A stretch of 63,397 nucleotides of DNA, the filler included, from Trichomonas gallinae (Eukaryota): NCBI GenBank assembly GCA_008369845.1. It is 10 parts of 10 records of this genome, joined end to end, with 100 filler letters (N's around TTAATTAATTAA, not from the genome) between each part and the next. Parts side by side here need not be neighbours in the genome. Positions count along the whole stretch, not along the records: positions 1 to 18,402 come from MRSU01001414.1; 9 more parts are not named here. The stretch is one strand, 5' to 3'. Every line of letters starts with the position of its first letter. Within the stretch, counting starts at the first letter, position 1. Below are positions 1 to 11,048 of this stretch, in pieces. The notes below the pieces were generated by a model. That model had not been told where the DNA came from, searched no databases, and saw nothing but the letters and a program-made list of their open reading frames with translations. The position numbers were made by a program, and so were the translations under genes.

Positions 1-99
1 TTCGAGCAGTTCAAGGAGCTCCGTGACAACCACTCCATCGTTGACTGCGGCAACCACGTCAAGCGCGTCTACCGCCGTGGCCCAATCCCAACACACTAA
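1..99 (+). CDS. RPL10: 60S ribosomal protein L10 (uL16), C-terminal end only
   Basis: Frame 1 translated by hand: FEQFKELRDNHSIVDCGNHVKRVYRRGPIPTH*, which matches the eukaryotic L10 C-terminal pattern. Strongly biased high-expression codons; stop forms TAAA. Confidence 0.75.
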   Translation, partial: FEQFKELRDNHSIVDCGNHVKRVYRRGPIPTH

Positions 100-634
100 A
101 TTTATTTTATTCTCGAGTTGAGTAATTGCCACTCGTATTTAGGACCACAATAAATCAAATTTATTACAAAAACCAAAAATAATATTTCATCGGAAAAAAT
201 TAATCACAAATCAACCAAAAAAATTCATTATTTCATTTCTTTTAGATTCAATTTTCCATAATTTTCTCTATAATTTGTCTGATTTATTGATTCTAATTTT
301 GATTTTGAAAAACAGCCAACTTTGAATTCATTTTTATACAGCTGTGTTATCATGCAATATTTTTTCTAATGTTTAAAGCAAATAATCAATTTGTAAAATA
401 TTCAATAAAGAAAATATGCATAAAATGCTAAAAAGAAGAAACAATTTTCTAGTTTTGGATCTTAGCTTTGTAATGATATGAAAACTAATAATATTTAAAA
501 AGATATTTTTGATAGAACATAATTTATATCAACATTATAAACAATATAGATTGGATAATAACAAGTATGCAAGAATAAAACGCAAATATGAGATATCAAC
601 AAGTAAAATACGAAAATTAAAATGATGTCGAATA

Positions 635-1246
635 TTATTTTGGTATTTTAATAGTCGAACTCTTAGGTTTGTAACGAGAATTTACAATTTGTTCGGCTTT
701 AGCAGCAAGCCTCTTGTTTTGCGCATGAAGTTGTTCGATTTTATCAGTTTTTTCACGAGAATCTTGTTGAACTCGCTCGATTTCACTCCTAAGCTGATTA
801 ATTTCATTCTTTAGTGATTTGTTGCCGCTCTTCAACTCATCAATGTTAACAGAAAGTCTATCGATTTCTTTTTTCTTCTTTTGTGCCTGGTGAAGCAACG
901 AATTTATCTCATTTTGGAAGTGTCTGTATGTCATTTCATAGTCTTTTTGTGTTGCTTGAAGCATAGCATTCGTTTTTGATTCTTCAATCTTTATTTCTCT
1001 ATCAAAAACATTGAATTCGTGCTGTCTGACTGGTTTTTTGTATGATGTCTGTGATGAAACAACGTCTAATTCGAATTGTACGTCTTTTAGTTTCTTTCTT
1101 GCTTCTTTAATTTTATCTTTATATTGTTTTAGACGTCTTTCCGCCTCATTTTTCCTTGATTCGTATTCACCTTCGAGTCTGATCTTTTCGGTCTGCATCT
1201 CGCCGATCTTTGCAATAAGATCAGACACAGGAATCGAAAAATTCAT
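635..1246 (-). CDS. Coiled-coil protein, unknown function
   Basis: 203-aa ORF rich in K/E/Q with heptad character throughout. Confidence 0.75.
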   Translation of the reverse strand: MNFSIPVSDLIAKIGEMQTEKIRLEGEYESRKNEAERRLKQYKDKIKEARKKLKDVQFELDVVSSQTSYKKPVRQHEFNVFDREIKIEESKTNAMLQATQKDYEMTYRHFQNEINSLLHQAQKKKKEIDRLSVNIDELKSGNKSLKNEINQLRSEIERVQQDSREKTDKIEQLHAQNKRLAAKAEQIVNSRYKPKSSTIKIPK

Positions 1247-1565
1247 TATTTGATAAACGTCTTGATAAGATAATAAACAAATCTGGTGATTAAAACGTAA
1301 TTAATACAAGTATTTATATGATTTTACGAGTGATTTTGATGTTTTTTCACATTATTTATGGATTAATTTCAAATCTCAATGATTTCATCATATAATAAGG
1401 TATATCAACCACTTTATCTTGAATAATGTTCTCCAAGCAAGTTAATATAGCGATCAAAAGTACTATTTAGTCTTTAAATGTAAATATAATTATTATAATG
1501 GTAATATTAAAGACTATAGTAATATTTTATTTTTAATTAGAAAGCTGCTATTGATTATTCGTATA

Positions 1566-2259
1566 TTATCTACTGTTTTGATTCATCACTATGTAACAGC
1601 ATTGGAAATTGATGTAAAAGAATTTAAAGATCCTGTTTTTAAGTCTTGTTTCTATTTTTGGATTAGAACCAATAAAGTTTCCCGTTCCAACAAGATATGA
1701 AAATTGTTTGGTTTCACCAACATTAATGATTCGATTTTTCCAACAAAAATATAATTGATCAGCATCACTACTTGCATATTTTGTATCTGGCCATTTGTTA
1801 TCATTTGCATACCCGTCGACATCTGTAACAAAAGCAGAATCACTCAGTAAAAAAGTGATATTTACATCAATTGCATAAGCATTTGTACCTTTGTTTGGAT
1901 TGATATTTTGGAAGTTGACGATATCGTTTCCTCTTAAATATAGATCGAATTGAAGTCTTAGATCTAATATGTGACTTCGTTTGTCGTCTATGTTTCGAAC
2001 TGTGTGTGTAACTTGCATGTAATCAGAGTTGTCAAAATTAAATGATGATGTTGTCAAATCAATTTTGTCATTTGAGTAACTTCCTGATGATGGGATAAGT
2101 ATTTCTGAGCTACCATCGATTTTAATATAGAAATAAAGATGATTATTATTACGAATAACTTGGAAATTTTTTATTAGCGATTACATATGAATATGTACCT
2201 TCTCGTTTGAGTGACCAATTATATGCTGAGTGTAGATTTAATTTCGGTTTGGATTTCAT
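1566..2259 (-). pseudogene. Frameshifted paralog of the 2568-3269 gene
   Basis: ATG at 2259 reads MKSKPKLNLHSAYNWSLKREG, aligning with the neighbour's MKLNLHSDYNWSLKQG. One extra A in the run near 2170 (AATAAAAAATTTCC vs AATAAAAATTTCC) shifts the frame; the 694-nt span is 3n+1. Confidence 0.7.
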
Positions 2260-2567
2260 GTTATATTTCGAGTTATGTTTGGAAAATTTTTAGTTTTGCT
2301 AAAAATTTGAATGAATTTTAAATAAATTATTAAGTATATGATGCTCGATGGCTTGATTATGTTAATTTGTTGTTGAAATCTCTTTGTTTTCTACATAGAA
2401 ACAAAAACATCTTTGAAGGAAGTTTTCGATGTAGACGTTTATAATAATGAAAATTTGCCAACACATCAAAAAGATTTGCATTCTGCATAAGTCAAGACAC
2501 TCCATTTTTCGACTTAAAAACACAAAAAAATGTAAAACTGCAAATATATTATGAAAGAAAGAAATAA

Positions 2568-3269
2568 TCAATTTAATTCGCTCGTGTCAATAACATGAAA
2601 ACAAAGAAAACAAAAACATGGAATTTTGTTGAAAAAGAGAATTAATGCCTTAATATTATACTTTGTCTCTGTTTGAGGAATTGTTGCATTAAAGTTGCCC
2701 GTTCCAACAAGATACGAAAATTGTTGAGTTTCACCAACACTAAGATTTCGATTTTTCCAACAAAACGTTAAACTGCCATATTTCCCATTTGCATATTTAG
2801 TATTTGGCCACCATTCGTATGTAGAACTCACTGCGTAACCATCGACATCAGTAACAAATGCAGTGTGACGTAACAAAAAAGTGACGTTTTTATCACCCAT
2901 ATATGCATATGCTCCTTTACTTTGATTTATATTTTGGAAATTTATTATATCTTGATCATTCAATTTCAAATCAATGTAAAGACCTACATCAATTTTGTGA
3001 CTTATTTTGTCTTTGTTTGCTATTGTATGCATAACTTGCATATAATCATAATCGTCAAAATTCATCGATGATGTTGTCACATTAATAACATCACCAGAAT
3101 AATTTCTTGATGCTGGAATATTTATCATTGACCCACCATCGATTATAATTCTGAAATATAGTAGATCATTATTATAAATTACTTGGAAATTTTTATTAAC
3201 GATAATATATGAAAATCTATTTCCTTGTTTAAGTGACCAATTGTAGTCCGAGTGTAGATTTAATTTCAT
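2568..3269 (-). CDS. Hypothetical beta-rich protein, tandem duplicate
   Basis: 233-aa ORF sharing DYMQV, FVTDVDGYA, FCWKNR and FSYLVGTGNF with the adjacent copy. Confidence 0.7.
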   Translation of the reverse strand: MKLNLHSDYNWSLKQGNRFSYIIVNKNFQVIYNNDLLYFRIIIDGGSMINIPASRNYSGDVINVTTSSMNFDDYDYMQVMHTIANKDKISHKIDVGLYIDLKLNDQDIINFQNINQSKGAYAYMGDKNVTFLLRHTAFVTDVDGYAVSSTYEWWPNTKYANGKYGSLTFCWKNRNLSVGETQQFSYLVGTGNFNATIPQTETKYNIKALILFFNKIPCFCFLCFHVIDTSELN

Positions 3270-3835
3270 GATTCATGATTTATTTCGAATATTTTGTTGA
3301 AAATTATTTGATTTGTTATTTTTTGAATGAATTTTGTGCGATTTGAAAAATATATGATGTCTGATAACTTCTTTGCGTAAATATGCTGTTGAACTATCAT
3401 TGTCTACACTATACATGCAAACTTAAACAAGCTTTGCATGGATACGGTTATTTATGTCTGACACTTTACAATGACAATATATTGTCAAAAAAGTAAATGT
3501 CTTCACTTGATTGGTTATAAGCTGAAGCTGTGTCTATTTTGACACGAAAAGCTCAATCATTAACTTGAAATTAGCTAGTTTTAAAAATATTCAATTTGAA
3601 TTAATTAATGCAGATTTATTCAAAAACTATACTATTTTTGTTATATTTATTAACTATTTATGTGATTAAAAGTAATAAATTGTCCATAAGTTCATTTTTA
3701 AAATTTGAATAAAATAAATCCATATTAATAACGAATTTTAGAATGAAATATCAGCAGTTTATGTCCAAAAACTAGTAAATATGCTACGAAATCCGCAGTT
3801 TTGCATTCCTGAAAATTAACCTTATATAGATCACA

Positions 3836-5005
3836 ATGAGTCGCTCTGGTAGTATACTTTTCTCTCCGATCAATGTCGGTCATCACAAGATCATGAATCG
3901 GTTCATGAGGTCAGCTACAAACGAATACAGGGCAACAGAAGAAGGTTTACCTAAAGACGAGTTGAAAAAAATGATGATTAATCTCGCAAACTGCCAAGTG
4001 GGCTTAATTGTCCCAGGATGCATGTATATTACATCCCACGGAAGGCGTGGAACCAATCAATGCGGTATGTGCACGGTAAATCAAGCTCGCGAATGGAAAA
4101 ATGTCATTAACGAGATGCACAAGAGTGGCTCAAAGGTCATGTTTCAAATCATGCATGCAGGAACAGCAGCATTTCCAGCTACAATGGACGGCGCGCCGTT
4201 CTTCGCTCCTTCAGCAATTTCGAAAGGATCTGTGGCATTAACAAAAGCACAAATCGAAGACATCATTCATTTATTTAGATCATCAGCTGAACTTGCATAC
4301 AAGGCTGGTGCCGATGGTGTACAAATTCACGCTGCTCATAGCTATTTAATCTCACAGTTCCTTTCTCCTTACTATAACAGACGCAATGATGAATATGGTG
4401 GAGACAGAGATCGCAGAATGAGGATCCTTGGCGAAATTATTCACGAAATTCGCCAATCTTTGCCATTAAATTTCATGTTATCGGTTAAAATGAACGGAGA
4501 TGATTATGTTGAAGGTGGTTTGACACCAAAAGATGCTTCATACATTGTTTCGAAGCTATCCGGCGGTGTTGACTTATTCGAGATTTCAGGCGGCGCTGTT
4601 GGCATGAAATCGATGCCATTCAACTTAGAAGAGCACTTCCTGCTTAAGGGAGCGAAACCAGAGCTTCACAAAGAACTTCTTCGCAAAGCAAGATTATTAT
4701 CGAAAGATAACGCGTACAAGCCTGAATACAATGTTCCTGCAGCTAGAATCATCAGAAAGGACAATCCACACGTTAAACTCGCCGTTGTTGGCGGATTGAG
4801 GAATTTCAAGTCCATGGAGAAATTAGTCCAGGATGGAGTGTTCGATATCTGCTCTATATCACGTCCATTCATCAGAGATCCTTCCATTGTCATGAGATAC
4901 AAAGTTGCAACAATTGATGCGCCAACATGCAAGAATTGCAATGATTGCATCCTCAATGTTCCAAGATCTGGAATTTTCTGCCACATTCCTGCGTACATGC
5001 AGTAA
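3836..5005 (+). CDS. NADH:flavin oxidoreductase (Old Yellow Enzyme family)
   Basis: LFSPI..NRFMRSAT N-terminus, GADGVQIHAAHSYLISQFLSP catalytic motif, NRRNDEYGG, C-terminal CxxCxxC. Inr-like TCAC directly before the ATG. Confidence 0.95.
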   Translation: MSRSGSILFSPINVGHHKIMNRFMRSATNEYRATEEGLPKDELKKMMINLANCQVGLIVPGCMYITSHGRRGTNQCGMCTVNQAREWKNVINEMHKSGSKVMFQIMHAGTAAFPATMDGAPFFAPSAISKGSVALTKAQIEDIIHLFRSSAELAYKAGADGVQIHAAHSYLISQFLSPYYNRRNDEYGGDRDRRMRILGEIIHEIRQSLPLNFMLSVKMNGDDYVEGGLTPKDASYIVSKLSGGVDLFEISGGAVGMKSMPFNLEEHFLLKGAKPELHKELLRKARLLSKDNAYKPEYNVPAARIIRKDNPHVKLAVVGGLRNFKSMEKLVQDGVFDICSISRPFIRDPSIVMRYKVATIDAPTCKNCNDCILNVPRSGIFCHIPAYMQ

Positions 5006-5882
5006 TTTTATCCTATGTAATCTATTATATATTATATTTCTTATAAAATTCTCTATATTTATTATATTTTGCAAATTAATTTTTATAGTCTAGGCTTTGT
5101 TTTGATAATATTAAATTTGCTCAATTATCAAAAAATTAAATTTGAAATTAAAATTTAAACGGATTTGGACAAGTTTGATGTAGGGAAACAGTTAAGAAAT
5201 TCCATGCTAATAATACGAAAAACCATTTTATGGATTTTACGTCTTTCTAACAATTTCTCAGAAAAAAACTTCCAAATTGATGAAGTTTGATCAAATAACT
5301 ATGTTGGTTTGACAGTATGTGTGTGAATTATTATGTTATTTTTGGCCCATTTTATCAACGAATTCGAAAATAATTAAATGTTAAACGTATGTATTGAGGA
5401 TTGCTATTTAGGACAATGTATATGATATAATTGCAAGGCCCTTAGCATGGATACAAGGTTCCTGTGATCTAGATTTGAGATTCAAAAAATCGATAAAAAA
5501 AATATACACCACAACGCCGTTTTTTAATGATAAACAAGATATACACAATATAACTAACTAAATAAACTAGTAATTAGCCTTTTATGTAAACTGTCAAAGT
5601 ATGATCGATAGAAAGAGTGTGTTGAAGTTGCCTATATTAAATAATGTAGCTAATTAGATGCAAGGAAAGATAATATATAAATAAGAGCTCACAAAAACTT
5701 ATTTTTGAAATTGTTCAATTTTTAATTCCTTTTCGGAGCATATAGCCCCCTGAACTGATAAGAATTGGTAAATTTATGAAGATTTAATAGAGTTTGTGGT
5801 GATAGTTTTTAATGAATATATACAAATTTTAATAAAATAAAATACTAACAACAATACAAAACAAAACAAGAACCTTCCGCAT

Positions 5883-6293
5883 TTATCTATATCTCTCTGT
5901 ATGAGAAGGAAAATTCGGTGTAGAACTAATTAAGGGTGAATTTCTAGATGACACGGAGCCTAGCCTTGGTCTTAATATACTACTCATATCACTCTGTGAT
6001 GCTCCTATAGGGTAGCTTTTGATTATTAACAAAGCTGGTTCATTACATCTTGACTTGGATTGTCTCGGAGGCTTCTTTAATAAGGCGTATGGTTTCTGTT
6101 TAGGCTCATTGTGAAACTGTGACTCTATAGATGGTTTTCTGTTTTCATTTGAATAATTATTCCTTCGCTTTGTAGATATTACAGCTTTAGTTCGTATAAA
6201 TTTAAAGTTTGTGTCTATTTCGTTTTTCATGTTATTGATTGCTTGCATGCGTTTGCTGAAATCATCAACAAATCCAAGATTAGGCAAACTCAT
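5883..6293 (-). CDS. Small basic hypothetical protein
   Basis: First ATG (MSLPNLG) at 6293; Ser/Pro/Lys-rich; preceded by a cluster of AAAGTGAC motifs. Confidence 0.6.
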   Translation of the reverse strand: MSLPNLGFVDDFSKRMQAINNMKNEIDTNFKFIRTKAVISTKRRNNYSNENRKPSIESQFHNEPKQKPYALLKKPPRQSKSRCNEPALLIIKSYPIGASQSDMSSILRPRLGSVSSRNSPLISSTPNFPSHTERYR

Positions 6294-6311
6294 AATAAAA
6301 AATTTTAAGTA

Positions 6312-6422
6312 AAAGTGACGAATAAAGAAAAATGTCACTTTTTGTAATTGAATTTGTTTTTAAAATTGAGAAGTGTCACTTTTTCACTCGAATCACTTTT
6401 GAAAATTGAAAAGAGTCACTTT
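6312..6422. promoter_or_regulatory. Cluster of four AAAGTGAC (trichomonad M2-type) promoter motifs
   Basis: AAAGTGAC at 6312-6319 (+) and GTCACTTT at 6334, 6375 and 6415, upstream of the minus-strand gene. The motif also precedes the genes at 33104, 35439, 59947 and 62301. Confidence 0.6.
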
Positions 6423-7863
6423 TATGTGTACCTTAGGTCATTGTCTGATTTTTGTTTTTTCATGATCTACAATTTGTATGTGATATTTAGTTACAGTGAA
6501 GTTGGATCAAAATACATTCAAAATATATTGAATAATCATTCAAAATTTATAATTTTGAATAGTCCCGTGGACGTTGAAATTTTCACAATTCAAATAAGAA
6601 AAACCAATCTCACTGTAACTAAATATTCTCATGCACGTTGGACATGTTTTCAATTCTAAGGCGTCCCTGAAAAGAGGAGCCAAATTATGCATATATAGGT
6701 AGATAAAACGCAAACATTTATGAATATAAAACGATTTAACTGAAAAATCTAATTTTTTGAAAACAAGGTTTCGAATTTCGTAACGATTCTCATGGGAGTG
6801 TATCTATTGCATAGACCTTTTCACACTGAATATTTTGTATAAGGAAATTATGAGAATTATAGGATTTTTCTATAGGATTTGGTATTGATTTTGTCCGATT
6901 TCACATAACTTTGTTTACATTAACGTGCTACTTCTTAGCCTTTATTTTTTAATTATATTTAATCAAAAATATTTTTTCGATTTTTTGTAAAACAAAATTT
7001 TCAATGTTTACAATGACAAATAAAAGTGTATTAGCGAGATTTTCGATTTTTTGGTGGAATTAATGAGTGCAATAGCTAATATAATCCAATAAAAAGAATA
7101 ATTGATGTGGTGAGTGCTTAGATAATCTCATATGAATTTTAATAAATTATAATATTCCTTAGTTTTAATGATATAACAGGAATCTTAATGCATAAATTTA
7201 ATGTATGCATATATAAAATATAACACACAACTCCTTAAGCAAATATCTTTATGCTTTTCAGGACAAAATCAATGAGTAATATTTGAAAAAGGTGACACAC
7301 AAAAATCTATTTTGAATGATTTTACTATTTATATGAATGTTAGCCTAATATGATTGAAATAGTGTCAGATAAGTGGCAGAGGTTTGTGAAGAAATGTGCT
7401 AAAACCGTTTTCCTCATCTCACTATATACTTTTTATGTTATATATAGCATTATAATAGCATGTGGATTCTAAATTTCATACTTTTTGTATTTTTTGCTAG
7501 GCCGAAACACTTCTTGACAACCCCACAATTCAGACTTTTAAAAATGTCGGCCTTAACGGCTTAGATATTAACCTATTAGATTAACTCCACCTTTCGTCAA
7601 AATTACAAAAATTTCAAAATTAATTATTTCTTTGTTAATCATCTTGTTTGGTATCTGCGATAAAGACTCATCCTTGTCATAACCTATTTCTTTCGCCAAA
7701 ATTACAAAAATAAATAAATTAAATCTTTGTTCTTCACCGGGTTTGGTATATGCAATAAAGAGCTGTTGTGTAGCTTATTATGATATTAGAAAGCAAGGAT
7801 TACAACTAAGAAAATTTAGATTAATACAATTAACCTAAACGTATATGGGAAATAAAACCTTTG

Positions 7864-9150
7864 TTAGTGGTTATTCTTACGGACATAGTCAATTGCATCT
7901 CCAAGCTTCATATTTGGATCGACATTCTTCAAACAGAATTCGAAGCCTTTTGTAATGTGTGTTGCCTCTTCTGTGGATGCCTCGTCTTCCTTGTAGTTGA
8001 ATAAACCGGAAAACAGCTGATTCTTCGGTGTTTCCAAAGTATATGTGACGAAAGAAAGCCATTTCGAGACCTGGTCGCCGTCAATGCCTGAGTCTAAGAT
8101 GAAGTCTTCGATCTTTCCTCCAATCTTGAACTTTCCGACTGATGATAATTCAATTCCTGATCCAGGTGGATGCTGTGTAGCAATATTGTCATCAGTGATG
8201 AAGTTATTCATCAGTGAAAGGAATTTGAAGTGTTCGTTCTCTTTAAGTGTTTTTTCAAATGCTTTCCTTAGATTTGAATAAACTTCTGAGACTTTTTCAG
8301 TTGAAAGGGCTTTTGTAAACGCATCGACTTCTCCAATGAAGTTGGCGTATGCGTATTTCTTGTATTCTTGGTCTTTCTTGATTGAGAAATATTCTCTAAG
8401 ATACTCTGTGTTCTTTGTTGGAGTGGAGCGAAGATCTACAGGAATTGAGCATCCCATATAATAATCTTTCTTCGTTGGTGTCATGGCCGCAAATGAAATG
8501 GCAGCTGCGATTAATTGATTTTCTGTGAGTTTCCTTGGTTTCTTTGCTAATGCATCATAGCAAGCGAGCTCACTGACTGGGAATCGGAAGAGAATTGTCT
8601 TCACCGTTTTTGTTGGTATTGGATTGATTTGTTTAGTAACAAATCTTGAGATGTATGGATCTGTTGGGCAGAAAGGAATCATGATAGGCTTCGGATCCAA
8701 CTCGTGTTTGAAGTATTGTGATGGATCAATTGGGATTCCTTGAAGAGGTTTAATATCTGGCAAATTTTCTAATGAAAGATCTGAGGCAAGGTTGGCAGCA
8801 AAGCGGCCATCTCCCATGCAATGGCAGAGATTAAGCACGACAAATCTGTCATTGCAGCCGATTTCGCCGAGATTTTTCTCTTTTTTGTATCCAACGTTAT
8901 CTCTCATCCAATTTGTGGCTTTATATAGATTTGTGATGTTGTCTGGGATTTTGACAACAGAAGGATTTGGTAAACCTGAGATAAGTTGATTGTTTTCGTA
9001 TTTTATTCTTAATCCCATTGTTCTTTGTTGGATTTTCGCGACAATAGATGGCACAGAATGCTTATCTGCAACTGTGAAGCCCAATTGTATGTAGCAATTG
9101 GATAACAAATGCAAGCATTCAAGTCCGCATGCAGATCTTTTTTCGATCAT
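7864..9150 (-). CDS. CoA-dependent acyltransferase / condensation-domain-like protein (alcohol acetyltransferase-like)
   Basis: HxxxDG motif (HCMGDG), PVDLR and ELSSVG motifs. Likely start MIEKRS at 9150 after Inr TTCACATT; the ORF is open up to 9264. Confidence 0.7.
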   Translation of the reverse strand: MIEKRSACGLECLHLLSNCYIQLGFTVADKHSVPSIVAKIQQRTMGLRIKYENNQLISGLPNPSVVKIPDNITNLYKATNWMRDNVGYKKEKNLGEIGCNDRFVVLNLCHCMGDGRFAANLASDLSLENLPDIKPLQGIPIDPSQYFKHELDPKPIMIPFCPTDPYISRFVTKQINPIPTKTVKTILFRFPVSELACYDALAKKPRKLTENQLIAAAISFAAMTPTKKDYYMGCSIPVDLRSTPTKNTEYLREYFSIKKDQEYKKYAYANFIGEVDAFTKALSTEKVSEVYSNLRKAFEKTLKENEHFKFLSLMNNFITDDNIATQHPPGSGIELSSVGKFKIGGKIEDFILDSGIDGDQVSKWLSFVTYTLETPKNQLFSGLFNYKEDEASTEEATHITKGFEFCLKNVDPNMKLGDAIDYVRKNNH

Positions 9151-9705
9151 GAAATGTGAAATAAATGTTGATGGAAAACAAAATTTTACATCATGAAGAA
9201 GCATAATCCGTAGTCCTAATTCTAATTCAAAAATTTGCCATTTGTAAACTTTATTTTCTGACATTTGTCAGATTTTGATTATCAGTGCATCACATGTTTT
9301 TGGAATTCATATTCTGATTTTACTTGACTAATATTCCATTTTTATCTATAAATCAGGTTCCTAAAATAAATAGTCAAATAGATATTTTACGTGTTAAATC
9401 TTTTCCCAGGTGTAACTGATTAGAACTGAACTAGCCTAGTATGCTAACATGATACCACATGATATACTTTACTAACAAGACGCAAACTCTTAATTTCTGA
9501 TATTTGTCAAAAATTCAGCGAGTGAATAATTGAAGTCTACTGGCATAACTGCTTAGGACATAATTATTATAGTAGTCAAGCATGGAAATACAGTATATTA
9601 ACTACTAGCAAGATATTTTTTCGAAATTCAAAAAATATACAATTTCTAATGATAAACTATATAAATAATCCTTTTATTCAATAACATTAACATCACAATG
9701 CTTAA

Positions 9706-10675
9706 TTAGTCATAAAGAAAGTTAATGTTGAAAGACATTTTTCTATATTTTGGTATAGTATAGGATCTGCTGTAATGGTAGTTTCTTCTTTATAGATGCA
9801 ATCAGCAGTTGTGTAATAAGTGTAATGATACGTTTTAAATCCCTTATTAACGTTATTCACTCTATAAAACGCACTATCAGAAGGATCACACTGAGTTAGA
9901 TTGTCTATTAAACAATCTTTTAATGATATTTTTCCGCCCCAAAAGCTTCCGAAATATTTACCAAAAGGTTATGGACCTCGAATTACGCATTTTTCTATTT
10001 CTGCTAATTCACGAAATTGTATTTGAATCATATTATAAAAACTTTGTTCCAGTGATGGATTGTCAACAAAATTGCAAAAATATATAATTTTTAAAATATC
10101 CATCATTATTAAATATCACTCCATATTCTTTCTCTGTATTATGAGCAAATGAAGAGAAATTGCACATTGACTGCCCAGTTGAATGATAAATGTCATATCC
10201 AGACGTATGTCGCAATTTATTATAACTTGAATTAAAATAACTGACTTCAACAATTCCAAAGTTAATTACCATCATAACATAACATTTCTCATTGTTTGTT
10301 CCAGTTACTGAGCATTCACTAATAATATTATGAATATTCCCATTTGCAGTTAATTGACATGCAGAAAAAGCTCCTTGTGAGCTGTTTACAGAGCAGTTTA
10401 AACTCAGTGCCGCCATCATTTTTTTCAATTGTGCGAACGCAATCTTTGAAATAGCAGTTTGAATGTAGCAGTTTAGAGTTATTTCTCTGTATTGATATGA
10501 CGCCTTCATATACTTGTTCGAAGAAACAGTCGTAAACGAAAACCTCATCATTGCTTGTGTAAATTTTAATATTGACTTCTGAAGCATATTCATCGCCATT
10601 TAAGCTATCGCCGAAGTATTGGGCCCATAGTTCGGAAGGTGGTACATCTCCATGCAATGATAAACTCAAAAACAT
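9706..10675 (-). pseudogene. Disrupted member of the Cys/Asn-rich beta-helix-like secreted family
   Basis: Signal-like MFLSLSL..WAQYFG start. The frame changes near 10410 and near 10075, there is an in-frame TAA near 9970, and the reading continues to ...FNINFLYD* at 9706. Confidence 0.6.
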
Positions 10676-11048
10676 CTAGCAAAATTTTCTAAATTTTTAG
10701 CAGGAAAATTATAGGTCCATACAATAATAAAAAATGACAGTTTTTTTGCATTGTTGCATCGATTGTTTGTTTTCAATTATTACCAACAACTGCATTAAAA
10801 GTAATCATAAGTGTATGACCGTGAAACAGGATCTATCACTTATATTCGATGCAAAATAGTAATTCATGTAATCTGCTTTGACATGTAAACTTTACATGGC
10901 AAAATGACGAGTCTGCATTATATTTAATTTACATGACAAAGTATATATATTTGACAAATTAACTTTACATGGTATTTACGTGTTAGATGTATTATTTACA
11001 CGACAAAAATAAAATTTACTTGACATAATTAATTTTTTTTTAGTTTCG

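Noticed and set aside
9706..10675. Introns as the explanation for the frame changes
   Set aside because: No trichomonad-type fused branch point/acceptor (ACTAAC...AG) or matching donor was seen at the breakpoints.
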